Positions 48,014-57,814 of a stretch of 64,000 nucleotides of DNA are shown here, in pieces. The stretch is from an uncultured Candidatus Saccharibacteria bacterium (GTDB lineage: Bacteria; Patescibacteriota; Minisyncoccia; Phycocordibacterales; WO2-35-19). Made by a program: the position numbers and the translations under genes. The DNA lies in contig CAZPQX010000004.1 of the NCBI GenBank assembly GCA_964589445.1, positions 17,632 to 81,631 of the forward strand. The letters run 5' to 3'. Under the pieces are notes generated by a model. It did not search any database. It worked only from the letters and a program-made list of their open reading frames with translations, and had not been told where the DNA came from. Every line of letters starts with the position of its first letter. The stretch's first letter is position 1.

Positions 48014-48868
48014 ATGAAATACATCGATATACACTGTCACTTGGATTTTCCGGATTATGGAGCGGAAATTTCTGGTGTTTTAGAACGCATGAGAGATGGA
48101 GGGGTGGGTGCTGTTACTATCGGTACTGACCTAGAAAGCTCTAAGAAGGCTGTCAAAATATCGGAAGAAAATGAAAATGCCCGCCTGTCATCGCCTGAAG
48201 GCTCAGACAATGGTGGACAGGTTTGGGCGTGTATCGGGGTGCATCCGATACAAGAAACTGGCAGCCAGCAAGAACTTAAAAGAGCCGAGGATGTTATTTT
48301 TGAAGAAGGTGGATTCGAGGAACTGGTCAAAAGTCCAAAGGTTGTGGCGATAGGCGAGTGCGGTCTTGATTGGTTTCGTATACCCGAAGAAAAAATGAAG
48401 GAGGAGAGGAAGAGGCAGGGTACTCTTTTTGAGTCTCAGATAAACTTTGCTTTAAAACATGATAAGCCTTTGATGCTCCATTGCCGCAACTCTTATGATG
48501 ATGTTTTAGATATTTTAGAAGTTTACAAAAGAGAAGCTGGCGATAAACTAAGGGGTAATTCACATTTTTTTGCAGGAAATGTCGATCAAGCAAGGAGGTT
48601 CCTTGATATAGGATTTACACTTTCGTTTACAGGGGTCATTACCTTTACAAAAGACTATGATGAGGTTATCAAATTTATCCCTGATAATTCTATAATGTCT
48701 GAAACCGACGCTCCTTTTGTGGCTCCAGTGCCACACAGAGGCAAGAGAAACGAGCCTGTTTTTGTAAGGGAAGTAGTGGCTCGCATGGCTCAAATAAGAG
48801 GGGAGAGTGAGGAGGTGATGGCTAAAAAAATACTTCAAAATGCTCGTAATTTGTTTAGCTTGGCTTAA
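48014..48868 (+). CDS. TatD family nuclease with a short in-frame insert
   Basis: DIHCHL, GVHP, IGECGLD, HCR, ETDAP, RNEP. Confidence 0.95.
   Translation: MKYIDIHCHLDFPDYGAEISGVLERMRDGGVGAVTIGTDLESSKKAVKISEENENARLSSPEGSDNGGQVWACIGVHPIQETGSQQELKRAEDVIFEEGGFEELVKSPKVVAIGECGLDWFRIPEEKMKEERKRQGTLFESQINFALKHDKPLMLHCRNSYDDVLDILEVYKREAGDKLRGNSHFFAGNVDQARRFLDIGFTLSFTGVITFTKDYDEVIKFIPDNSIMSETDAPFVAPVPHRGKRNEPVFVREVVARMAQIRGESEEVMAKKILQNARNLFSLA
48179..48228. repeat. in-frame hairpin insert in tatD
   Basis: GCCC-GCCTGTC...GACAGGT-TT-GGGC with inner GCC-TGAA-GGC; adds ARLSSPEGSDNGGQ. Confidence 0.6.
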
Positions 48869-48904
48869 TTGTCTTTTTATGATAGTTGTGGTATCTTGAG
48901 ATAT

Positions 48905-48998
48905 CTGGACCAGAGGCATTTTTATTATAACAGCCTCTACTTGAGCAAAACAAAACCTTTGAAATTTTGAGGGTTGAGTGAGTAAGAGCGCCGTCCAG
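48905..48998 (+). promoter_or_regulatory. candidate structured leader of rpsF-ssb-rpsR
   Basis: CTGGAC/GTCCAG closing stem enclosing two hairpins, ending 8 nt before the ATG. Confidence 0.5.
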
Positions 48999-49006
48999 GT
49001 TAAATT

Positions 49007-49519
49007 ATGACAGAAAATTTGGAAGAAAATATTTTAGAAGAAGGGGACACCGATATATATGAAATCGGTTACCATTTATTGCCAACTATAGGCGATGAAA
49101 ATATGCTTGTAGAATCTTCAAAAATCAAAGAAATGATTTTGGGTTCAGGGGGACAGTTTGTTTCTGAAGGAGTGCCTTCAATGAAGCAGCTTGCTTACCC
49201 AATGATTAAGAAGCACGAAAACAAGAATCTTAACTTTACTAAGGCATACTTTGGCTGGGTAAAGTTTGAGGCTCCAACATCTAAAATAGAAGAAATAAAT
49301 AAAAATATAGAAGCAAACCAGAACGTTCTTAGGTTTCTTACAATAAAGACTGTTAAGGAAAGCACACTTTATACTCCTAAGGCACCAATGTTCAAAAAAG
49401 AAGAACATAAGGGAGATATCAAAGTAGACACAGAGGAGCTTCCAGTTGAGAATAAAGCACCTGTATCTGAAACAGAAATAGATAAGAGTATTGATGATCT
49501 TGTAACAACTATTAATTAA
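49007..49519 (+). CDS. rpsF: 30S ribosomal protein S6
   Basis: YEIGY, LAYPM.K, VLRFL; rpsF-ssb-rpsR synteny. Confidence 0.92.
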   Translation: MTENLEENILEEGDTDIYEIGYHLLPTIGDENMLVESSKIKEMILGSGGQFVSEGVPSMKQLAYPMIKKHENKNLNFTKAYFGWVKFEAPTSKIEEINKNIEANQNVLRFLTIKTVKESTLYTPKAPMFKKEEHKGDIKVDTEELPVENKAPVSETEIDKSIDDLVTTIN

Positions 49520-49534
49520 GTTAAGTATAAAATT

Positions 49535-49984
49535 ATGTATATCAATAAGGCGATAATTTACGGTAACCTTACAAGGGATCCGGAACTCAAATCTCTTCCT
49601 TCGGGTATACAGGTGTGTGAAATCGGAGTGGCTACAAACAGGACTTGGAAAGATAAAAATGGTGCTAAACAAGAATCAACTGATTATCACAATGTGGTTA
49701 CTTTTGGTAAGCAGGCTGAGCTCGTGAAGCAATATCTTTCTAAGGGAAATGGCATTTTTATTGAGGGCAGGATCCAGACAAGAAGCTGGGATGCTCAAGA
49801 CGGAACCAAGAGGTATAGGACAGAAATAGTGGCTGATAGGATACAATTTGGTCCTAAAGGTGGCCCTGCTGCCCCTGGTGCTTATCAAAAGAGTGCTCCT
49901 GTTCAGAAGAAAGAAGACCAACCAGAAACACCAACTATAGATTACCCAGAAGAAGAAATAAATGCCGAAGATATACCATTCTAA
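49535..49984 (+). CDS. ssb: single-stranded DNA-binding protein
   Basis: GNLTRDPE, EGRIQTRSW, C-terminal EDIPF. Confidence 0.98.
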   Translation: MYINKAIIYGNLTRDPELKSLPSGIQVCEIGVATNRTWKDKNGAKQESTDYHNVVTFGKQAELVKQYLSKGNGIFIEGRIQTRSWDAQDGTKRYRTEIVADRIQFGPKGGPAAPGAYQKSAPVQKKEDQPETPTIDYPEEEINAEDIPF

Positions 49985-50008
49985 TTATTAAATCGCTAGA
50001 TAGATTAT

Positions 50009-50215
50009 ATGAAAAAACAAAATTGTTACTTTAAGCAGAACGGAATAAAGCACATAGATTATAAGGACACTGATCTTTTGAAAAAGTTTCTCAATCCTCA
50101 TGCTCGAATCCTTGGTAAGAAGAGGACTGGAGTATCGGCTGAATACCAAAAGAAGCTTGCTACAGCTATAAAAAGAGCTAGATTTATGGGTCTACTACCT
50201 TACATTTCTCACTAA
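50009..50215 (+). CDS. rpsR: 30S ribosomal protein S18
   Basis: IDYKD...AIKRARFMGLLPY. Confidence 0.97.
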   Translation: MKKQNCYFKQNGIKHIDYKDTDLLKKFLNPHARILGKKRTGVSAEYQKKLATAIKRARFMGLLPYISH

Positions 50216-50229
50216 ATAAAATTCCAGTT

Positions 50230-50271
50230 TAAAACAAAACACTCCCGGCTCTGCGGGAGTGTTTTGTTTTA
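50230..50271. terminator. bidirectional intrinsic terminator
   Basis: 18-bp perfect inverted repeat between rpsR and efp. Confidence 0.8.
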
Positions 50272-50315
50272 CTTGTTTATATTTTTTAAACTGTCTCAAT
50301 CTTCAGTTTTTGTGA

Positions 50316-50876
50316 TTAAGCTCTCTCAACATATTCACCAGTTTCTGTATTTACCACTATAGTATTTCCTTCTTCTATGAAAAGAGGTGCGTTTACAGAG
50401 GCTCCAGTCTCTACTTTGACTACTTTATTGCCTCCTTGAGCTGTATTGCCTCGCATGTTTGGAGGAGCTTCTACTACTTTCAAATTTATTTTTATTGGTA
50501 GCTTAACACCAATTATTTTGTCTTCAAAAATCATTGCCTTGGCTGTTGTGCCAGCCTTCAAAAACTTTGCACCTAAGCCAACCTGAGTATCTGAAAGAGG
50601 AAACCTTTTTGATTTGTCATCCATTTCATGGAACCAGTATTCTCCTTTTTGTTCGTATATGAAGCTTATCTGTTTTTCCTCGAGTTCGGCCTCTTCTGCT
50701 TTCTCTGACTGATGAAAGGAGTACTCAGTGACTCTACCAGTGATCATGTTTTTGAGTTTGGTCGCGTTTACGGGTTTTCTTTGTTGCTTTCTAAACACAT
50801 GAGATGCCAAAACCTCCCAAGGTTCATTATCAAATATTATAAATTTTCCAATTGTTATTTCGTTGTATTCAAGCAT
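50316..50876 (-). CDS. efp: elongation factor P
   Basis: KLKNMITG, P..RGNTA.GG.K, ETG..V.APLFI, GEYVER. Confidence 0.93.
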   Translation of the reverse strand: MLEYNEITIGKFIIFDNEPWEVLASHVFRKQQRKPVNATKLKNMITGRVTEYSFHQSEKAEEAELEEKQISFIYEQKGEYWFHEMDDKSKRFPLSDTQVGLGAKFLKAGTTAKAMIFEDKIIGVKLPIKINLKVVEAPPNMRGNTAQGGNKVVKVETGASVNAPLFIEEGNTIVVNTETGEYVERA

Positions 50877-50945
50877 TTCTGATTTTTGTTAGCAGAGTAA
50901 AAACGCCAAAGGCCAGGCAATAGTAACCTAAAAATTTAAAAAAGT

Positions 50946-52025
50946 CTATTCCTCTGGTTCCTCTTCTTTTTCTTCTGTTTCTGTGACAGGGGAGACTGAG
51001 CCACCGCGTTCAAGAAGCTTTTCTTTTATCTTTAACAGCAATTCATCGCTTGTTTCGGTATTTTGTTTAAGAAATTGTCTTGTGGCATCATAACCTCTAC
51101 CAAGTGGCATGTCGCCGTATTTATATGAGGCTCCTGATTTTTGTATCATGCCAAGCTTTTCTCCTAGGGCGATTATTTCTCCTTCTCTTGATATACCTTC
51201 GTTGTACATCAGGTCAAATTCTGTTTGTTTAAATGGTGCCGCCACCTTATTTTTAACTACCTTTACTCTTACTCTTCCACCCATCACTTCCTCACCTTTT
51301 TTGATCTGAGCTATCCTCCTTATGTCGAGCCTGACTGAAGTGTAAAATTTGAGAGCTTTTCCTCCTGGTGTTGTTTCTGGGTTGCCAAACATTACTCCAA
51401 TTTGCATTCTTATTTGGTTTATAAATATGACTATAGTTTTAGATTTGGCGACTATGGCGGTGAGCTTCCTAAGTGCCTGACTCATAAGTCTTGCTTGTTT
51501 ACCTACATGGTGTGCACCCATATCACCTTCAATTTCGTCTTTAGGTGTAAGGGCGGCTACAGAGTCAATAACTATCACATCTAGCTTGCTAGATCTGACA
51601 AGTGACTCTACTATTTCAAGGGCCTGTTCACCTGTGTCTGGTTGTGAAATGAGAAGCTCATCTATTTTTACACCTATCCTTTTTGCATATTCTGGGTCAA
51701 GGGCGTGTTCTGCGTCGATAAAGGCACAAATTCCACTATGTTTTTGAGCCTCTGCAATCACATGTAAAGAAAGGGTTGTTTTACCTGAAGATTCTGGACC
51801 AAATATTTCGATAATCCTGCCTCTAGGTAGGCCACCCACCCCAAGGGCCGTGTCTAATCCTATAGAACCAGTGCTTATGCTACCCACATCTACTCTAGGC
51901 GCTTCTCCTAGGGTCATTATGGCATCTTCTCCAAATTTGGTTTTTATCTCTTTTATGGTGTCTAATATTTTGCTTGATCCGCTGTTTTCGCTTTTACTGA
52001 CCTGACCCTTTGTTTTCTTTGCCAT
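50946..52025 (-). CDS. recA: recombinase RecA
   Basis: [27 protein letters not shown]. Confidence 0.99.
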   Translation of the reverse strand: MAKKTKGQVSKSENSGSSKILDTIKEIKTKFGEDAIMTLGEAPRVDVGSISTGSIGLDTALGVGGLPRGRIIEIFGPESSGKTTLSLHVIAEAQKHSGICAFIDAEHALDPEYAKRIGVKIDELLISQPDTGEQALEIVESLVRSSKLDVIVIDSVAALTPKDEIEGDMGAHHVGKQARLMSQALRKLTAIVAKSKTIVIFINQIRMQIGVMFGNPETTPGGKALKFYTSVRLDIRRIAQIKKGEEVMGGRVRVKVVKNKVAAPFKQTEFDLMYNEGISREGEIIALGEKLGMIQKSGASYKYGDMPLGRGYDATRQFLKQNTETSDELLLKIKEKLLERGGSVSPVTETEEKEEEPEE

Positions 52026-52035
52026 GATTTTGGTA

Positions 52036-52449
52036 TTAATTTTCTTCTTTGTAATTATCCTCTATTTGCTCTACATAATACACCTTTATTAGCTTTTTAA
52101 CCTCATTTTTAAATCTATCCTTGGCTTTTAACTCTATTATATTGGAGCCAGGGGATAATAGTATTTTTTCTTCAAATACACCATCTGTATCCACAAGTAT
52201 GCGTCTCTCGTTTAGGGTGATAGCGGATATATTTTTAGCTTCGCCCTTTATTCTTATAATTTTATCATTTGTTTCCAGGTTTTCTGATGAAGGAGAATAG
52301 ATGTCTATCGTAGGCCCGATGATCATGCCTCTAGCATTATAAAAACCATAAAATGTCATGAATAGGAAAAGTAAAAAAACAGATATTTTCTTTACTCTGG
52401 ATTCCAAGCTTTTATTAAGGGAATTTTTTTCTATTTTCTCAAAAGTCAT
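52036..52449 (-). CDS. small TM protein with an Ig-like domain
   Basis: TM helix then G...LNE...G.F...L.PG.N.I...A.D pattern. Confidence 0.7.
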   Translation of the reverse strand: MTFEKIEKNSLNKSLESRVKKISVFLLFLFMTFYGFYNARGMIIGPTIDIYSPSSENLETNDKIIRIKGEAKNISAITLNERRILVDTDGVFEEKILLSPGSNIIELKAKDRFKNEVKKLIKVYYVEQIEDNYKEEN

Positions 52450-54619
52450 TTTCTTTTTCTTCTATTGATTCGGTTTCGAAATTAGCTCCTCCGTCTGGTT
52501 TGATGAGTACATCTCTTGGTTTCGAGCCACTGCCTTCCCCAATAACTCCTTTTTCCTCGAGTATGTCCATGAGTCTTGCTGCGCGGGCATAGCCTATGCG
52601 GAGCTTCCTTTGAAGATAAGAAGTAGATGCTTTACCTGCTCTTATTACAGTTTCTCTAGCTTCTTCGTACAAATCATCTTCGTCACCACCATCTTCGGAC
52701 ACTGAGTCAAAAATAACATTTTTGCTCTCAGCCTCTTTTTCCATATCAATACTTGTAGGTATCTCGTCCTCGCTGTTTTTTATGAGGTAGTCAGTAACCT
52801 TTTTTACTTCTGACTCTGATATATAAGGTGACTGAAGTCTTATTGGTTTTGACATTTCGCCTGATAGGTAAAGCATGTCTCCTGCACCCATAAGTTTCTC
52901 TGCTCCTGCGCCATCGAGTATGGTCCTAGAGTCAAATTGTGAAGCTACTTGTAGCGCGATCCTGGCTGGTACGTTTGCTTTGATTAGACCAGTGATCACG
53001 TTGACGCTTGGTCTTTGAGTTGAAAGTATAAGATGTATTCCTACTGCGCGGCTCATTTGTGCAAGTCTCACGATCGCCGATTCAAGTTCTCTTGGGTATG
53101 CTTGCATTATATCAGCAAGCTCATCTATCACAACCACAATATACGGCATCAGCTCTATTTCACTATTTGTCTCTTTGTTTTTCCTAAGGCTTTCAAGTTC
53201 GGGGGCTAGGATGTTTTTGTGATAGGACTCTATGTCTCTTGTCTTCTTACCCTCAAGCACATTATACCTTCTATCCATTTCTTTTGCCGCCCACTTGAGA
53301 GACATTATTGCCTTTTTTGCGTCAGTTATCACTGGTGTAAGCAAATGTGGGATTTTGTTGTATTGAGTAAGCTCAACCCTCTTAGGGTCTATCATGAGAA
53401 GTTTTAGATTTTCTGGTGAGTTTCTAAAAAGAAGGGAGTTGATTATTGCGTGTATCGTCACAGATTTACCGCTACCTGTGGTACCCGCGATAAGTAGGTG
53501 TGGCATTTTGGCCAAGTTTGCAAACGTGGCGTTACCTGAAATGCCCTTACCTAATGATACAAGTAGAGGTTTTTCTGAAGATTTATAATCTTCTTGTGAT
53601 AGAAGGGAAGCAAGGCCCACTGTGGTTTTCACTACATTTGGTATTTCAATACCGACAAGTGACTTTCCTGGTATAGGTGCTTCAATCCTTACAGGGTGTG
53701 CTGCCAGGGCAAGTTCGAGGTTGTTTTGGAGGCCAAGTATTTTAGAAAGTTTTACTCCTTCTGCTGGTTTTAGTGCGTACCTCGTGACCGATGGTCCTAT
53801 TGATATTTCATCCATCTCTACCACTATACCGAAATTCAAGAGGGTTCTTTTTATTATATTTGCATTAGCTTTTATATCTCCAACTTCTGGTTTACCTTTG
53901 TCTCTTTCGAGTAGTGAAATAGGGGGTAGGGAAAATGGTTTTAGTAGGAGAGAATTTTTAAATATATTTATTTCAGAATCCTCTGATGCAACAGGTTTTT
54001 TTGCGACCACCTCTGCTACTTTTGTTTTTAGAGACTCATTCACTACCTCTCCGTTGTTTATTATTTTGGTTTCTTTTTTTGGAATTTCTATTTCTTCTTC
54101 CTGCTCTTCTTCTGGTTTTTTCTTTCTAAATAGTTCTACCAAGGAAGAGAAGTTTATGGTGGTGTCAAATATCACAAGGATGCTTATGACCACGAGTGCT
54201 CCTAATATGATTGATGTGGCGTAGCTTTCAAAAAGCCTTACAAGTGGTATGTGTAAAAATTTACCAACAAGACCTCCTTTGTCTGTCAGGGTTAGGTCTA
54301 GAAGGGCCAAAGATGATAAAAAGAAAAGTATAGCTCCAACAGCTCTGGTTGCTCCAAATGAATGCTTCATTGACTTAGCAAAGGAGATAGAAAGTAGTAG
54401 GCACAGTATTGGAATTAGAAAATATCCTAGACCAAATAATATGCTAAACCATTCATAAATCTTATCGCCAACAGCCCCAGCCATACCAAGGGAAGATAGT
54501 ATGGAAATAATAAAAAGTACGAAAAAAACTACCGCAACTATCATAGAAAAAGTCTCATCCTTTAAACCATTTTTTTCACTATCTATAAGTGTATCTTTTT
54601 TTGTTTTTCTTCTGCCCAT
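52439..54619 (-). CDS. ftsK: DNA translocase FtsK/SpoIIIE
   Basis: N-terminal TM helices, AGTTGSGKS, IDELAD, TQRPS, gamma domain LQRKLRIGYARAA. Confidence 0.97.
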   Translation of the reverse strand: MGRRKTKKDTLIDSEKNGLKDETFSMIVAVVFFVLFIISILSSLGMAGAVGDKIYEWFSILFGLGYFLIPILCLLLSISFAKSMKHSFGATRAVGAILFFLSSLALLDLTLTDKGGLVGKFLHIPLVRLFESYATSIILGALVVISILVIFDTTINFSSLVELFRKKKPEEEQEEEIEIPKKETKIINNGEVVNESLKTKVAEVVAKKPVASEDSEINIFKNSLLLKPFSLPPISLLERDKGKPEVGDIKANANIIKRTLLNFGIVVEMDEISIGPSVTRYALKPAEGVKLSKILGLQNNLELALAAHPVRIEAPIPGKSLVGIEIPNVVKTTVGLASLLSQEDYKSSEKPLLVSLGKGISGNATFANLAKMPHLLIAGTTGSGKSVTIHAIINSLLFRNSPENLKLLMIDPKRVELTQYNKIPHLLTPVITDAKKAIMSLKWAAKEMDRRYNVLEGKKTRDIESYHKNILAPELESLRKNKETNSEIELMPYIVVVIDELADIMQAYPRELESAIVRLAQMSRAVGIHLILSTQRPSVNVITGLIKANVPARIALQVASQFDSRTILDGAGAEKLMGAGDMLYLSGEMSKPIRLQSPYISESEVKKVTDYLIKNSEDEIPTSIDMEKEAESKNVIFDSVSEDGGDEDDLYEEARETVIRAGKASTSYLQRKLRIGYARAARLMDILEEKGVIGEGSGSKPRDVLIKPDGGANFETESIEEKENDF

Positions 54620-54726
54620 TTTTGTATTCTTATGAATTGTAACATAACGAATCTGTTAATTTTAGAAGTAGTGTTGACTTAGTCTATAAGACAATATAAC
54701 CTTCATATAAGCCATAATTTTCTTTA

Positions 54727-54755
54727 TTGACTTTTTATGTCTTTTTGTATATAAT
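54727..54755 (+). promoter_or_regulatory. sigma70 promoter of the HTH gene
   Basis: TTGACT, 17 bp, TATAAT. Confidence 0.7.
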
Positions 54756-54821
54756 ATATAGGACAGTAATAAAGTACATAAAGTCCGATATAAGACAGTA
54801 GTCTTTTAAAATATCAAAATA

Positions 54822-55532
54822 ATGAACAGTTTAACAACCTCAAATACTGATTTTAATCAAATATATAAACATTCTCAGAGGATAGCCGCTGCGGTCTTTG
54901 CCGTCTCTTCTGTCATAGACAATAATGAAGAATTAAAGACAAAACTGAAGAGTGTCTCTATAGAAGTTGTCTCTATGACTATAAACTTAAAAGACAAAGA
55001 TTCTTTAGATATAAAAAAAGTACTTAACGAAATCCAGAAAAAAACTCTCTTGCTTATGTCACTCCTCGACATCGCATCTTTGTCTGGACTTATATCAAAA
55101 ATGAATGGGGAAGTTTTGAACGAGGAGTTCAAGGGGTTTATTTCTGGTCTACAAAAATTTGAAAATAATTTTGATCATGAAAGAAAAAATTCTGTAGAAA
55201 ATATTCTTAAAAGTGAAGCTAGTGATATAAATTTCGGAAGTCAGGAAAATGTATTAACCCAGCAAAACTTGGCAAATCATCAAAATTTTTTACCCAGAAG
55301 TAATGTTAAGAATCAATTAAAACCCCAGTCTGATACAAGTAGAAAAGCTTCTAGGAAGACAGCAATCCTAGAGTTTATTAAAGACAATAGTAATTCAAGT
55401 ATAAAGGACATAGTGCCTAATATCATAGGCTGCAGTGAAAAAACGATTCAAAGGGAGCTCATAGATCTTATAAATGAAGGAAAAATAAGGAAAGTGGGGG
55501 AAAGAAGGTGGAGTAGATACTCATTAATATAG
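54822..55532 (+). CDS. putative transcriptional regulator (helical N-terminus, C-terminal DeoR-like winged HTH)
   Basis: IL.FI...SIKDI....SEKTIQREL..L...G.I.K.G.RRW. Confidence 0.75.
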   Translation: MNSLTTSNTDFNQIYKHSQRIAAAVFAVSSVIDNNEELKTKLKSVSIEVVSMTINLKDKDSLDIKKVLNEIQKKTLLLMSLLDIASLSGLISKMNGEVLNEEFKGFISGLQKFENNFDHERKNSVENILKSEASDINFGSQENVLTQQNLANHQNFLPRSNVKNQLKPQSDTSRKASRKTAILEFIKDNSNSSIKDIVPNIIGCSEKTIQRELIDLINEGKIRKVGERRWSRYSLI

Positions 55533-55548
55533 ACAATATAATGAAATT

Positions 55549-55620
55549 GCTAGCCCGTGATTTCGATATAAGTACGATTGACTATTTGCTTTATTTGTGA
55601 AATCATAGGCTAGCTGTTTT
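55549..55620 (+). terminator. long hairpin followed by a T tract
   Basis: GCTAGCC.GTGATTTC / GAAATCAT.GGCTAGC, then TGTTTT. Confidence 0.5.
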
Positions 55621-55839
55621 ATCCACACATATATATTTGATAAGTGTGGCTAAGGCGGTAAAATTCCTTTAATACTGGGCCGGTTGTTTCTTGTCGATTA
55701 CAGAAGCAGCAGGTTTAGTTGAAAAAATTATTAAGTCATTATCAGTTTCAGGTGATTCTTTAATTGGTCTCACTTGAAAGTAATCATTCGAACTACTTCA
55801 CAAAATTAGAATAAGAAGTATCGGGTGAATAAAAAAATT

Positions 55840-57789
55840 ATGAATTTCAAAAAATTGGTTGCGGGCTTCGTAGGCGCAGCAATGGTTCTAGGCATGGCAG
55901 TTCCTGCTTCTGCTCAGACTACTGCAGAGCTTACAGCTCAAATAAATAGCTTGCTCGCTATGATCGCTCAGCTTCAAGCTCAGGTTGGTCAGGGCGGAAC
56001 TCCTACTACTGGAGGCGCAAGCGTTATGTTTACTCAGGATCTTACTGTAGGCTCAACAGGAGCACAGGTTACTGCTCTTCAGCAGTGGCTAGCATCTAAG
56101 GGTTACCTTATGATGCCAGCTGGCGTTGCTTACGGTTACTTCGGTAACTTGACTGCATCTGCTTTGGCTAAATACCAGGCAGAAGCTGGTATTTCTCCAG
56201 CTGCTGGTTACTTCGGTCCTATAACAAGGGCTAAAGTAAATGCTATGGCTTCAGTTCCAACAACTCCTACTACTCCTACTACTCCTACAACAGGAACAGG
56301 TATAACAACTCCTGGAGTTGAAGGTACACTTACAGCTACTTCAAACAATGCAGGTTTGGTTTCAACAGCATACGAAGGTGACTCTATGATATCTATCCTT
56401 GGTTTCAATGTAGAAGCTAAGACATCTGATATCTCTCTTCAGAGAATAAAGTTGCAGCTCGGTACTGACACAACTTTGGTATGGAGAAAGGGTTACTCAA
56501 GACTTTACGTAACAGTTGATGGTAATACTCTCGCTTCTATTGATCTAAACAGCTCAACAGTTGTAAAGGAGGGTAGCGACTACTACGTAACAGTTACTGG
56601 ATTCAACTATGTTGTTCCAAAGGGTGCCAAGAAACAAGTTGTTATCAAGGCTGACGTTATGTCATCAATTGATTCAACAGACAGAACAAACCTAAGCAGC
56701 GAACCTGTTAGCTTGGTTATCAATGGTGTAAGAGGTGTAGATGGTGCTGGTATAGACCAATACTCTCCTGCAACTGCAATATCAAGAACAGTTTCATTCA
56801 GCGCAGAGCTTTCTGAAAATGCAACTTTGAAGTTGTCTCTAAACTCTTCTTCTCCTAAGAAGGTAGATGTTGTTGCAGCTTCTGGTGCAGATGAGGATGA
56901 ACTCGACAAACTTACAACACTCGTATTCGATGTTAAGGCTGAAAAGGATGCAGTTACAATTACAGATATGAGAGTTGGAGTTGTTAAGAGCGGTTCTGGT
57001 GCAGCTACAGCTCAGACAGCTTACCTCTTCGAAGGTTCAACAGAACTTGATAACGCTTCAGTTACAGGTGGTATGGCTTCTTTCTCAGACTTTGACTACG
57101 TAGTTCCAAAAGATACTACAAAGACTTTGACTGTTAAGATTGATGTCAGAGACGCAAATGCAACTGTTGCAAACTTTGTGACTCAGGCTTCTACAACTAT
57201 CGCAGCTGACTTGGTTGCAGAAAACTCTCAGGGCGACAGCGTAGTTGAGAGCGGTTCAGCAATCGGTTACTCAATGGGTATAAGAAATGTTGGTCCTGAA
57301 GTTACTCTTGTATCTAAGAGCGTAACAACTCAGGGCGTTGCTCAGACAAATGGTTCACCAGTAAGCACATCTACTCTTACAGCTACATTTAACGTAAAAG
57401 TTAAAGCTGTAGGTGGAGACCTAATGTTCGGTACAGCTGCTTCTGGTACTCCAATGTTTGCAAGCTCAACAACAAGCTTCAAGGTTTACAGAAACGGTGC
57501 GTATGACGGATCTATCAGCGCTGCTGCTACATCTACTTCATACACAACTCCTTCTGGTGTAACTACTTCTGGTTTGACAAACAGCTTTACATTGTCTGAA
57601 GGCAATGAAGTTACTATCCCTGTAACATTCCAGATAATTGGAAGAAACGCAGCGGGTACAGCTCTAACTTCAGCTTTGTACTCTGTCGGATTTGAAGGTC
57701 TACAGTATGTTGCTAACGGCACAGCTGGAACCATCAACTTCATGGCAGGTGAGGCTGATTGGAGGACTTCTGATGTAAGCTTCCCTTAA
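55840..57789 (+). CDS. abundant S-layer-like surface protein with a peptidoglycan-binding-like domain
   Basis: Signal peptide, AQINSLLAMIAQLQAQ helix, LTVGSTG..V..LQ..L...GYFG..T domain, Thr/Ser/Ala-rich Ig-like body, strongly biased codons (TTC, AAC, TAC, GCT, ACT). Confidence 0.75.
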   Translation: MNFKKLVAGFVGAAMVLGMAVPASAQTTAELTAQINSLLAMIAQLQAQVGQGGTPTTGGASVMFTQDLTVGSTGAQVTALQQWLASKGYLMMPAGVAYGYFGNLTASALAKYQAEAGISPAAGYFGPITRAKVNAMASVPTTPTTPTTPTTGTGITTPGVEGTLTATSNNAGLVSTAYEGDSMISILGFNVEAKTSDISLQRIKLQLGTDTTLVWRKGYSRLYVTVDGNTLASIDLNSSTVVKEGSDYYVTVTGFNYVVPKGAKKQVVIKADVMSSIDSTDRTNLSSEPVSLVINGVRGVDGAGIDQYSPATAISRTVSFSAELSENATLKLSLNSSSPKKVDVVAASGADEDELDKLTTLVFDVKAEKDAVTITDMRVGVVKSGSGAATAQTAYLFEGSTELDNASVTGGMASFSDFDYVVPKDTTKTLTVKIDVRDANATVANFVTQASTTIAADLVAENSQGDSVVESGSAIGYSMGIRNVGPEVTLVSKSVTTQGVAQTNGSPVSTSTLTATFNVKVKAVGGDLMFGTAASGTPMFASSTTSFKVYRNGAYDGSISAAATSTSYTTPSGVTTSGLTNSFTLSEGNEVTIPVTFQIIGRNAAGTALTSALYSVGFEGLQYVANGTAGTINFMAGEADWRTSDVSFP

Positions 57790-57814
57790 TCTAATCTCGA
57801 AAGAGATAAGTATT

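Noticed and set aside
56257-56292. ACTCCTACT-type tandem repeat as a CRISPR or contingency locus
   Set aside because: It encodes a PTT linker in frame, has no spacers, and third positions vary.
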